The notes under the pieces were generated by a model, which was given only the letters and a program-made list of their open reading frames with translations, did not search any database and was not told the DNA's origin. Position numbers and translations under genes: made by a program. From positions 41,885 to 105,884 of the forward strand of contig DF237257.1 in assembly GCA_000708835.1 (NCBI GenBank): a DNA stretch of 64,000 nucleotides. The letters are read 5' to 3'. Shown one piece after another: positions 51,301 through 62,321 of this stretch. The stretch comes from Klebsormidium nitens (lineage: Eukaryota > Plantae > Klebsormidiophyceae). How positions within the stretch are numbered: the first letter of the stretch is position 1; each line of letters begins with the position of its first letter.

Positions 51301-54300
51301 CGACAACGTTACGGACGAGTGTCGGGTCTTCGTGAAAGCAATTTGGGAGATCTCACCGCAAATTGGTAGATCTCACGACATAACACCGGTAACTTGTTGC
51401 AATCGACAATTAAAGGAAAAATGTCCCAAGTACTGGGTCCTGATTGAGACTCGGTTCAAAGTACCGCACGGTCCCAGCACCGGGAAATAGCTGAATCGAA
51501 TACCCGTTCTAAGAACGATCAGACTATGGTGCCATCCGTCGTCAAGGGACTAGGTTGGCGGCACTGCCAGACCCAACTACATCTTTGGCAAACAACCAAT
51601 TCAAATCCCCTCAAAAGAGTGCATACTTATGCTGAGAAAACTGCATCTTATCGTTTTAGGAAACGATGCAGGCCAACCACGAGCAATCAGCGCACTCAAT
51701 ACGGGATGAGGGCCGCATGCAAAGGTGCTCGAACAATGATGGAATGTAGATTCACCGGATTCACGATCCTTCAAATTCGATTCCGGAATTCTTCAAGAAG
51801 GAGCAGCACATCCAACGCTTTGACGCCGTAGACAACGCAATCAAGAAGAGAGCTCTCAGTCCTGCATTCCTGGGATTTTTGACTCCCGATATCTTGCCTG
51901 GCCCCTTCTATTCTCTTACACACTATACGTGCCTCCGATTGGGCCCGCAACTCTCAAAAGCTTGGCTCTCATAACGAGAATGTCGATTGTGGCACGAAAG
52001 TCTGAGCCACGCGGTCCTTTCGCCATTGCCACAGGAAAAAGGTTATAAAGACATAGTTGGCATCGAAGAGTTGAAGGGGGTCTGGCAATGTAACGATCGA
52101 GCTGCGTTTGGTTGTTTAAAATCCAAGGGACTCGGACGCTGAGCATAGGATGCCAGGGGTACAGAAGTGGGAAAGTCATAATACTAAGAAGCCGCTTCGG
52201 TTGGCTCTCATTTCAATGTCCACCTACTGCTTCTGGCAGAATAAACTATGAACAATTGACATCACTGCCACCGCCGACCTTATCAAAGCTAATTTCACTC
52301 CTCGCTTCCGACTTCCTCCAAAAAAATCAACAAAAAACATAAGCGAAGGCGAAATGGCTCCTCCAGCAGCGGAGTAAGTTAGGGCGGAGCTAGCGGGCAT
52401 ACAACAACAAAGCAGAAACACAAGGCTTCACATCCTACGACCTGCTGGCCAGAAGCGACACGACTGGGCTTCGACTCCGGTGCTGCGGAAGAAGCTCGCT
52501 TTTCTCGAGACAAAGCTGCATGGTTTTGAGGCTATAGTCCTGACTGGCAAAGTTTTGAGACTCAGAAAAGCTGACTTGCGAGAGTGCTCATCAGAAGGGT
52601 ACGCGTCAACCCTGTCCCGATTCTTGTTTTGACTGGAAGGTGGACCGACTGCGGTGTAAACGAAGGACGATAATCTGTTGGAGTTGGCTGTATTATTGAC
52701 CGGGTGAATCTTTGGCAAGGACGACCCAGCCAGAATCCCTGTCATCATCGCCCCTCGTCAGTTCATCCTAAAGCTGGATTGACCATCTAATTTTTCTTAT
52801 AGTTGCATGATTGCGTAAGAGGGTAGAGGTCCGGCCCAAATGATCGCATCCTATCGTCCTAAAATGCGAACGTTGAGCCACCCATCGGGGTGAGATGGTC
52901 ACAGGACGCCGACTCGTTACAATCCAACGAAAGAAGCGGACATCTGACACGGCCACTTCACATCGTACCAGAGTCACAGGCAAGGACTGCGGGAGTCATA
53001 AATGAAAGCATACCAGGCTTTTCCAAGACTAGCTCCAACATACAGAAGCAGTCACTGGACGAAATTAGCCAAACTTGCTTCTTTCATGGCCAAATGCTTG
53101 ATGCCCCCCGATCGGCGTCCAACGCGCCGACCATTAGATCAGGCTCCGGCCCAACGTGAATACAGCTCACAAATGAAGGAAAAAGATTGAAAATGTCAAC
53201 AGACGGTTGGGTAGGGCTGACGGTTCGATGCTCCTCCGACGTCCTTTTGATACAGCCTGATGACCAGAACGACTTCAATATTTATGCTGCAACTACTCGT
53301 GAACAGGTCAAGAACTCGCAGGATCGGTCGGGGCTACACGTTGTCAAACGGAAGGGACGAAAGCAAGAACACAACTAACGTGCGGCTACGTTCACCGGAA
53401 GTACGGACGCTGCGCAAGCATCCTCGACCGAACCTACAAGATTCAGTGCAGAGCGAGCAGACTTGGCATCAAGACTACTTAAGAGACCGTTGGGACAGCA
53501 CCCAGAATAATCGTATGTCTTCACTGCCGTTCGCAGATGGTTTGGACAAGACTTGAAGGAGAATTTTCGAGGCCTACAGGAATCACTCTAGTCTTGCGCA
53601 CCCAATTTGCACTTCGATGCAAGGGCGGCCGCACCCGCGATCACAAGAGAACAAGTATGTCGCCAGCACAAGAAGGATGTTGAGAAGGCCTCGGGTATCC
53701 AAAGAGCAAACCTACCCTCCTTTCTGATTTCGAAGGAGGGTCGGAGAACACGAAGGAGGCTCGGAAAACTGACGGAATTTACTCTACGAAGAGCATAGGC
53801 CCCCTTTTTTAGCTAAAGAGGCCCAGCAGAAGGTTGATCCGAGGCCTCGAGAGGCTTTGGAGCTTTGGAGGCTTTGGGTTTATTCTGTTATCTTAAAACC
53901 GGGTTCCCAAACTTAGCTAGCCTCAACGGAGCCTATGCAAAGGCAAAGTGTCTAAATTAAAATGGAATTCTGATTAAGCGTTACCAGAAGTAGGAAGCTT
54001 GACACCCAGCTTCAAGATGATCGCGCCGATCATCATCCCTGTCACTGACAAGCAAGCCAGGCAATAAAACCTTATCACAGGCACGGCATCCGGGAAGAAG
54101 GGAAACGCAAGAGGCACAACAAAGCTGGGAAGGACAGAGAACAACAGCGTCAAGGATATCTTCGCTATCTGTCAACTCTGATGCATCAGACTTGGAGCGA
54201 ATCTTGGTCATGACTGAAACACTGGCGCGGAAGAGCAAAACCGTGGGAACGTGGGCGACGAAGCAGCAACGAATTTGCAGGACAAAGCCTGCCCTCAGAT

Positions 54301-57300
54301 TCACGAGTCCTCTGTCATGACCGCCGCCCCTCGTTTTTAAGCTCGATGGGGTGCGACACTCCGAGCTGAAGACGGACCTTCCAGCAATAGTTTGAAGACC
54401 GTGCTCAATTGAGCACAAAATAAGAAAGGGTTCAATGACTTACATCAAACCTATTGAATTAAAGGATGCCCCATCCCTTAAGAAGCGATATATTACCAAA
54501 GGAAAAGCCGAAAGGGAGAAAAGCTCTATCGGGCACCGCCTCAACTGGCAGTCGAAATTTGAAGGATGATAGTGAGGCGAGCGATCGGACGCAGGAGAAA
54601 TCCACTGATGTATTTTCCGTCACTGGACGTGTTCCTCATTGCCACTTGATTTGAAGCACATGTTTTCGTCAAGCACCTGCAATTGTATCTCGACTCTCGT
54701 TGTTGCATAGCGGCTTAGGATTACAGTTGACATGAGGGCGAAAGCAGATCAAAGGATGAAAGGAGAAGCAACAGGAAGTTGCTGGAGCTGACCAGAAGAC
54801 AAATGCGAAGGAATGGAAAGCGCTCGACTCTTATAAATCTCGAGTGAAACAAAATTTTGCCCATGGGCAGAAGCAGAAGACCAGACTTGCTAACTCCCTG
54901 CTTAGAGATCGTGAATGTCCTCGATTAGTAAAAGAACCCCGAAAGAAAGGCCTCAGCTCGGTCGATCCAAACGCTTCAGCAACTTACGAGGTATAGCATG
55001 TAACTCGTTGTGCCATTCAGCAAAGGGACACGGACATGGCAACAGAGCCAGAAGTCTCGTCATGGGCTGGGCAGACTGTGCATAAGAACTGAAGAACGGA
55101 ATCGAGTGCCTACATGCTAAGAAGAGACTCAATCAATCCAGATGGATGTCAGCCCGGGGTTGTACTGCGCGCAAAACGATCTCGACACTCTCGAAGTCGT
55201 CACAACAAGACAAGATGCAGCAAAATAGACCGGATTGGGGCAGCATGTGCGTCAATCTTGATCAAACCTTGACTACAAGACCGAGGACCTTGCTAACCGA
55301 TGACGAGCTTGATCGCACAATTTAAAGCAATTCCTTACGAAGGTTCGGGTGAAGCACTCGGTGCCCTTTCCCCCGGTGTGCAGATGCAGCATAATCGATC
55401 ACCACATTGTCAAAAGCAAGGCGGTTGGCAAGCATCGTTTCTGCTTCCGACGAGGGCCTGCGGATTAGCGTTCCGCTGAGTGCATCCACCAAAAACGATC
55501 CGTTATGGCATGCGTAGGAAGCTCGTTGTATCAATGGTGAAGATTGACTCACACTCATCTTTCGTAAACTCCGGCAATCTGTGTTACACACTCTTGTGGC
55601 AAGTCTCGCCACAAGAAGATGGTCCGTCATTACCGGTGCCTGTACAAGACTCTACACTAAGAAGCCGGAAAGGGAAGAATAGTCTTTGAACATTTTTTAG
55701 TGATAATCCTTCGAGATAGTCCGATTCGCAAGTGACGGTCGCCTTTTGTCTACCATTCTCTCACGCGTCGGTCGTAATCTAGTTGCCTGAATTACGACCG
55801 ATGGCAAGGCGGCATTTGAGAGTTGCGAACTTCACAAAGGCTGGAGGGGCCCGAGACTTGCAACAAGGAGTGCAGAGAGAAGGGGACAGATGAACAACCC
55901 GAGGCAAAACTCGGGTGGCCGACTTAGCCGACTTAGCCGACTTAGCCGACGTTAGCCCACCCGAGGCAAAACTTAGCCGAGAACCAGGTGCTCAATCTGG
56001 AATAGCAAAAGGGTGCTACCTTCCGGTGGCAATCATCTGCCCATGCTACACCCCAGTTGATAGGCATACACTACCAATGGCAAGACCTACATTGCCACCG
56101 AGAGGGCGACCAGAGTGCTCCTACCGAAAATATTAGAGCTGGGGGGACGCAGGAGAAGTCTGAACCTTGAAAGCCAAATCAAGGAGTACAAACCTCGCGT
56201 GTGCAGGTGTATTTGAAGAATCCGTTCGACGGCTGTGGACAAGCAAACCAATGACGTCTCCAACACGTTGGTAAAATTTGGTCTCCAACAGCGCGGATTC
56301 CAATCATTGCTATTCATTGACCTCTCTCAGTCGCAGACTACCAATCTGACAAGCTGCATCATTTGTAAGCCCAGACGAAGATAATTAAATGCTGACAAAG
56401 TAAAAGCAACGTGATGCGTGAATATGCAGCAGGTTTGCAGGGTTGCAACCCGCAAACACTTCGCTCCGAAGGACAGGGCCTCATAATCCCAACAAAGAGA
56501 GCAAATACTATCATTCTGAGCGTAGGACTCTGCAGGATGGAAAGACGAAGCAGGAAGGGCTTCGTTCTCAAGAGCAGTGGCAGTCCTGTTCTCTTACGCT
56601 TGGAGCAAGTTGCCCCAATATCGTCATCGCCTGCGCTGCACTGGTCAAAAGGTTGCTTCAAAACATTCGCAGACAGCACTCTGGAGCATGCTTTTGTCTC
56701 TGCATGCTCACGACCCAGAACCAACCCTTGAGAACCCACGAATCAAAACGGAGCTTTACAAATGCCAAGATTGGAGATCCCGCTTCGACAACGTACAAAC
56801 TTAATTTAAGGAGCCTTTGCAAAATCAGAAACGGTTCGGAAACGGTTCATGGGAATGAAGCAACTGCCAGCCCCCCCACCTGGAAGTAGAAGGCCGGCTG
56901 CTGCTCCCGCTCCCCCCCGCCCGCGCTCGCTGTTACCGCCGCCGTTACCGCCGCGACCACGCCACCCGTCGGCTTCTCCCCCGCGACCGCCAGCCGCGAC
57001 TGGAGCAGTTCCCCGAACACTTTGTACTGCTTGCTGACCCAGGCCCAGTGCAGAAACGCGCCTTCGGGGGGTCCCTCCCGAGCGCGGTACCATGCCAGGT
57101 GGCGCCGCAACTGGGTCACGGCTTCGAGCGTGTTGCCGGAGTGGAGCAGCAGGGTGACCAGCTTGAGGTGCAGGATTTCGGCCACGGACTTGGCTTCGAC
57201 GAGCCGTTGAACGGGTTGGAGTTCCTGGGAAGAAGCTTGCTTCGTTAGCAAGCCGGTCACGGGGTTCGGGGACTGGACAACCATGTAAACACAGGAAGAG

Positions 57301-60300
57301 CAGGAAGATAGATAGTCTTAGGTGGAGAGACTTCGTGATGGACTTGGCTTCGACGAGTCGTTGGACGGGCTGGAGTTCCTGTGGGTCAACGTCAAGAAGA
57401 GGTTAGTGAAATCAAGATCTAAACCCAGGTAATCACAAGGAGAACAGGAGGGTGAATGTTTCAGGTGCAGGACGTCCGTGACGGACTTGGTTCGACGAGC
57501 GTTGCAGTGGTTCGAGAGGAGTTCCTGTGCATCGACCATACTTCGTCAGCAAGAGAGTTAGTGGAACCAGGATCATATTTCACTGAGCACAAGACAGCAG
57601 GACACTGACTGGTTTGAAGTGAAGGAGTCCAACGACTGACTTGAATTCGGCGAGACGGTCGAACCCGTTAGCGTTCCTGTATTCAGTCCTCCATTCGGTG
57701 GGGAGTTTGTGGGCGATAACCGAAATAGAAAACCTAGGCAGTTGCCAGAGTGATCCAGGGGAAAGCGGCCACTTTGCGGTGCAGTGTCTCGGCTACGATC
57801 TTGGCCTCGACTAGGCGTTGAACGGCTGGCAGTCCTGTTGACAAGCAGTGCTCTGTCAGCACAAGATTTATGAAGCGCACAGTAAAAAAACGGAATCTAT
57901 CCAGGCGTCTTTTATTTTCAGCCCGTTCAATGCCTGTTCAGCCCGTTGCCGAAACCCTGCACTTGGGACTTCGTCACTTCCGAGCTCTCCTTGGGCAGAA
58001 CGAAGCCTCAACTCTCAACAAATGTGCTCTGTCTCCGTCCATCCGCAGACTTTAGCCCGTTCAAACAGGCTAAAGGAAGGAAACTACGAGAGGAGAGTCG
58101 AGAATGCATTAGCTGTTCTCACCTGAGGTGGTGTGGGCACTTCGTGCAGCAGAGTATACGCGGCATTGTAGTACTTGACGGCCGCCACCCAGTCACGACG
58201 GAACTCCGCATACACAGCAATCTGCGCGGAAGGAAACGGACGCAGACTTGAAGCGTGCATTGAATAAGCGCAATCTGAGAGCGTGGAGGACAAGCTGATG
58301 TTGCACGTACGTAAGGCCTGGTGAGTTTGGGAGTCCTCATACTTTTCTGAACTTCGTTTCGAACGACCCGTGACGGAAATAAGTGGCGTCCGCCTTTTTG
58401 GAAAGGCGAGGTGTGCTCAAATAGCGAGGACCCTCCAAGGAACGCCTCGTGGAAAACAAGCTCGTTCTCAAATCCGAACGTTGCCGCCTCCGCTTTCCTT
58501 CACGGTTTTCTCCAGGGCGGTCGAGTATGGGGAGTGACCTTCCCTCTTTGCAGTCCGACGAAGTGCAACCATGTTGTGAAGCAAAAACAACAAACAAGCA
58601 ATCCCCTCGCTCCAGCCAGCAGGAGGACAACGGTTCGTACCTTGAAGTTGTACCGGACCGAGAACTCGGGCGAGCTGTAGGCCTTCTTCTCGACGCGCGT
58701 CTTGATGCGGCGCCCTTCCTCCCGGTAGAACGTGGCGGCGAGCTCGCCGACCAGCTTCGCCAGGCTGCACAAGAGAGCGACACGTGGCACTCTTTAAGCC
58801 CGCTCGCTCTCAACAAGTCTCCGCGGCAACTCAAATACCACGAACCGCCTCGAATGCATCGCCTGCTCAGAAAACCAAGTCACCAGAAAGACTGCAAGGC
58901 GTTTCAAGAGCCGTCCTGCCACGTGTCCAAATCTAAGCATGCGAACCACCGTTCGTGATCCTCGTTTCGAGAAGCATGCGCCGCTAAGGCTCACTTTGCG
59001 AGGGACGTGCGCAGCTGCGCGACGTCGCCCGTGACGAAGGGGACGCAGCAGCGGGCCTCCGTCTCCACGCGCTTGCGCAGCGCCTGCAGCCGCTCCTCGC
59101 TTGCGTCGAGGGCTGCGCCGGAATCGAACCAACGTTATGAATGGATGCGAACAATCGAGAGAAGCGCAACCAGGAGGTTTCACACCGTTGCTCGATAATA
59201 AGGTGGACCTCCTGTCAACCGTGAGAAGCGGATTATTCTCCGGTTTGCAACTGGAAAGCATTCAAGAGAACCAGGACGAGTTTTTCGCTCGCATCAAGGG
59301 CTGCGCCGGATTAAGCAACGTTTAGGAACGATGTGCATGATCACAGAAAGCACAACCAGGTAGTCTTGCACTATTTGTGTCTTCGATAGATGGACTTCCT
59401 GTCAACTTGGAGAGATAGACTGTATCCAGGTTGGGTACTGAAGATAGTTAAGGTAACGTTCCTCGCTGGCACGTAGAGCCGTTTCAAGATTCCGGTACTG
59501 GCATAAGTATCACTGGATGAAGGATGGGCAATCGCCAAGATTCAATACGTGCAATATAGCAGCTGGGACCGTTCCAGACATGGGGTTGGGGAAGCAAGCA
59601 GTGTCTTGAAGAATCCAGACAGGAACCCAGTTCTGAATTCCGATTGTGCGGAGTTTCAGCGCATCCACTTGGCAAAAAGCTGAGCAAAGGCAGAGACGAG
59701 TCTGAAACGCGGAACCTAGACTGACAGACTGCAGCGAAGCCAAAACTGACGAATTTGAGTGTTTGATTCGCAGCACATGGACTTCCAAAGCAGGAGTATT
59801 TAGGGAAGACTGTGACCATAAGAGGAAGGCTTAAGAATGAAACAACCAAGGCGCTATGGACTCACGTGCTGCATTTGCTTGGGCGATAGCAACCACCACT
59901 TTGATGTTGCGCCCCCGGATCGCAGCCCTGGACGGAGTGAAACCAATCTGGTCACACTGATGCACCTAAACTGCCGGTTTCGTTTCTTTTGGAGAGATTT
60001 GAAACCACAACACAGTTTGAATTGCAACAACGCAGCCGATTGAAAGAAGCCAAAGGTGGAAAACTCTCTGCCGATCAGACCGGTAAGGTAGTTCCAAAAA
60101 GACAGTACACCGAGGGCAAGCCCTTCCAGGTTTCGAGTGAAACAAACGACGCTATTAGCTAATACCTGGATACAAATGTCAATACCAGACCGGGAGTTGC
60201 ACGAACACTGACGGCAATCAACTGTATCCGAAGTCAGGAAAGCCGCTGCCGTTTTCACTAGCTGCATTCGTTCATTTTCCCCAATCCGAAAAGGCTTGAC

Positions 60301-62321
60301 CGTGCGAAGTCCGGCTCTCACTTGATTGCATCAATCTGGGTGCAGACGGACAGCCACTGGTTGGGGTCGCCGAAGATTTTCTCGCGCGGAAAGAACGCCA
60401 CTGCCACGCTCGCCGCTTTTTGGCGATGCTTAGCCAGCCAGCCAGCCTGCAAGGGCCATCTCGTGGGGTTTACGAAGGCTAGCAGTTTCACGGAAGGTTT
60501 TCGAAACAGCGCTTGCAAAAAAGTCGTGCTTTCTGCCACCCCAGAGCAAGAAACGATTCGACAGCAAGAAGCACAAGCTGAGGAGCATGGTGAATAGTGG
60601 GTCCGTTAAGGTAAAGTTGAGCGTTTCTTCAAGATCAACAAGAGCTCTCTCGTCGTTGGTGAAAGAAATCCCCCGCGCAGCTCCGGTGCTCTGAAACTGT
60701 TTTGCCCCTGTCGGAAGGTTCTACCTGATTTGTTTCGAGCATCTTGTTTCCTTTATGAAACTTCGACGTTCACCCCTTGCGCATTGCCTCCGACTTCTTC
60801 TCATGGCAAAACCAGACTTCCTTCTGCTCAGACTCTGAACTCGAGACTCCTCATTCTGAGACTGAACACTTCAAGATCCGACGGCTTTCTCTTGGTTCCC
60901 CACCCTGATACCATCCCAGACACCCACCTTCAGGACTCCCAGAGGGGATGGCAGCTTCGCATCCGGCGGCCGCCGCTCCTTCCCAGCCAGACTTGCCGCT
61001 CCAATTGCATCGGGGATGGATACAGTCGCCAATGGGGGTTGCTCCGCTCGCAAATAGTGGGTCACCTGAGGGGACCATAATAACAGACGTTAGAATGGGC
61101 GTAAGACATGCATGTGTTATGAAGATGAGTGCACGGCACGAGCTTGCATTCAATATCGTGAACGTCTGGATGTTGACGCCGTAGCCCAATACCGGCAGTC
61201 CCGTTAAAGCACGACGGCCACTTTAAACCCTTTCAGTAGGCCTGCCCCTTGAACCAAATTTGTCGGCCACCATGACACACTTTGAAGTTATAAGTAAGCC
61301 AAGGAATTGGGAAAGGGACTTTTTGAAACTGATGGAGACCATTGGAATCTGATGGGGACTCTTGGAAACTGCTTGGACTTCATGAGAATTCTCCAGTTCC
61401 TGGTCACTTTCACAGACTTGTCAATGTCTGATTGGAGGATAGTCCTCGTCAGAAGGCCTGATTAATGTGCATTTTGGCGATGACTGCATCGTGGAAGTGT
61501 TAGGTTGCATGTCTCTGAGCCCCACAAAAACAACATGTGGGTCATGTGTTGACATTGACAGCCAAATGGTAGCGCGAAGCTTTTGTGACTTTTGAAAGTG
61601 AGGATACATGTTTTGGGATTCTTGAATAGATAGAACACACATTACTTGAGCCTGTAGCTCTTTATCAAGCTGAGCTATAGGGCTTCTACATATCATGCAC
61701 AAAGAATGCTTTGCGAATAGGGGGACGAAACAAGGAACTTGATGTGGGTTCCGAGAAAATGGTTCAATGTATGAAACAAGGAGTACCACTGCCTCGCTTT
61801 AGCAGGGCTGATGGGGCTAATGGTGTCCAGGGGCAGGGAGGTTTTGCCAGGCATGAATTAACGCCAAGGCTTATGTTCCTAAAGAAATTAGGAACAAGCC
61901 TGAGTAGGAATAAGGATCACGGCCACAACTAGATTGCTTAAGAAACCCATTCAAAAGAACTCCACTGGCCCTGTGTAGCTGGGATATAGATCTTAAGATG
62001 CCCTTTAACGGGGAAATATCAGCTACCGAGTGCGGTACTTATCCAACGCTTCTAATCAACTCTCCAATTGGATGGTCACTTGTTCCAAATTCCATTCTGA
62101 GAGAAACTCTTTGATTATGTATGTCTCTTAGCCTTAATGGCTTCGTAAGACGTGTCAGCCCGGCATCAATTCCTTCGCTCCTACAAACCCTGGAAAGGGA
62201 AGCCAACCTCTAACCGTACAGCCGCTGACAAGCTGCTTACCTGCAGATGGAACTCGGGAAGCCCTATGAAGGCCACGAGCGGCAGCGGAGGCGTGCGGAA
62301 CTCCTCCGGGTATTCCTCCAT
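33359..62321 (-). CDS. TRAPPC11: Trafficking protein particle complex subunit 11 (foie gras and gryzun domains), ~1243 aa
   Basis: 11 in-phase exons: 62321-62241, 61065-60928, 60446-60322, 59927-59866, 59112-58995, 58764-58641, 58221-58123, 57224-56880, 37567-37244, 36249-34807, 34231-33359 (3732 nt). Motifs MEEYPEEFRTPP, GWLAKHR, GDPNQW, FYREEGRRIK, RYNFKIAVYAEFRRDW, QRLVEAK, FLHWAWVSKQYKVFGELL, PAFYFQLAA, YRKESW, LVPIQAGLLTLPQI. Confidence 0.95.
40700..55260 (-). pseudogene. Tandem array of 3 full and 1 partial decayed gene copies (~4.5-4.8-kb period), probably encoding a membrane protein
   Basis: Shared anchors: TGCAGGCCANCCACG at 42401/46918/51667; ATCAGGCTCCGGC at 43639/48419/53138; CTGACCAGAAG at 45296/50057/54788. 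Minus-strand frames show synonymous third-position variation and hydrophobic helices, but are broken by many stops and indels. Boundaries approximate. Confidence 0.65.
55897..55980. repeat. Hairpin plus 9-bp tandem repeat
   Basis: ACCCGAG-gcaaaa-CTCGGGT hairpin (55897-55916); GACTTAGCC x3 plus one variant (55921-55957); second ACCCGAGGCAAAAC at 55959-55972. Confidence 0.8.
57165..57840 (-). repeat. Five-unit ~150-bp tandem array of the TRAPPC11 exon 8 acceptor and exon start
   Basis: Real exon start at 57224; decayed copies at 57378, 57524, 57676 and 57834, each preceded by CAG. Confidence 0.85.
59095..59420 (-). repeat. 188-bp duplication of the TRAPPC11 exon 5 acceptor region
   Basis: TCCGGCGCAG|CCC occurs at exon start 59112 and again at 59300; upstream intron sequence is also duplicated. 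Confidence 0.8.

Larger units (their letters stand above)
37568..56879 (-). other. 19,312-bp intron of TRAPPC11
   Basis: GT donor at 56879 (TTC CAG|GTGGGG) and AG acceptor at 37569-37568 (CTCGCAG|TTG) join in phase 0 as PAFYFQ|LAAACAVK. The other nine introns are 230-1175 bp. Confidence 0.9.

Noticed and set aside
40700-55260. Array interpreted as KDZ, CACTA or Plavaka transposase, OSCA, anoctamin or VIT1
   Set aside because: Only isolated short resemblances (NLPAW, FWSAP, ERR, MEH) with wrong spacing; no diagnostic motif set found.
55921-55957. GACTTAGCC shared with the LINE stop region (6734-6742) and 2700-2708
   Set aside because: A 9-mer match with no flanking similarity; compatible with chance.
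57165-57840. CRISPR-like regular spacing
   Set aside because: Eukaryotic intron; the repeats are decayed exon copies, not conserved direct repeats with unique spacers.
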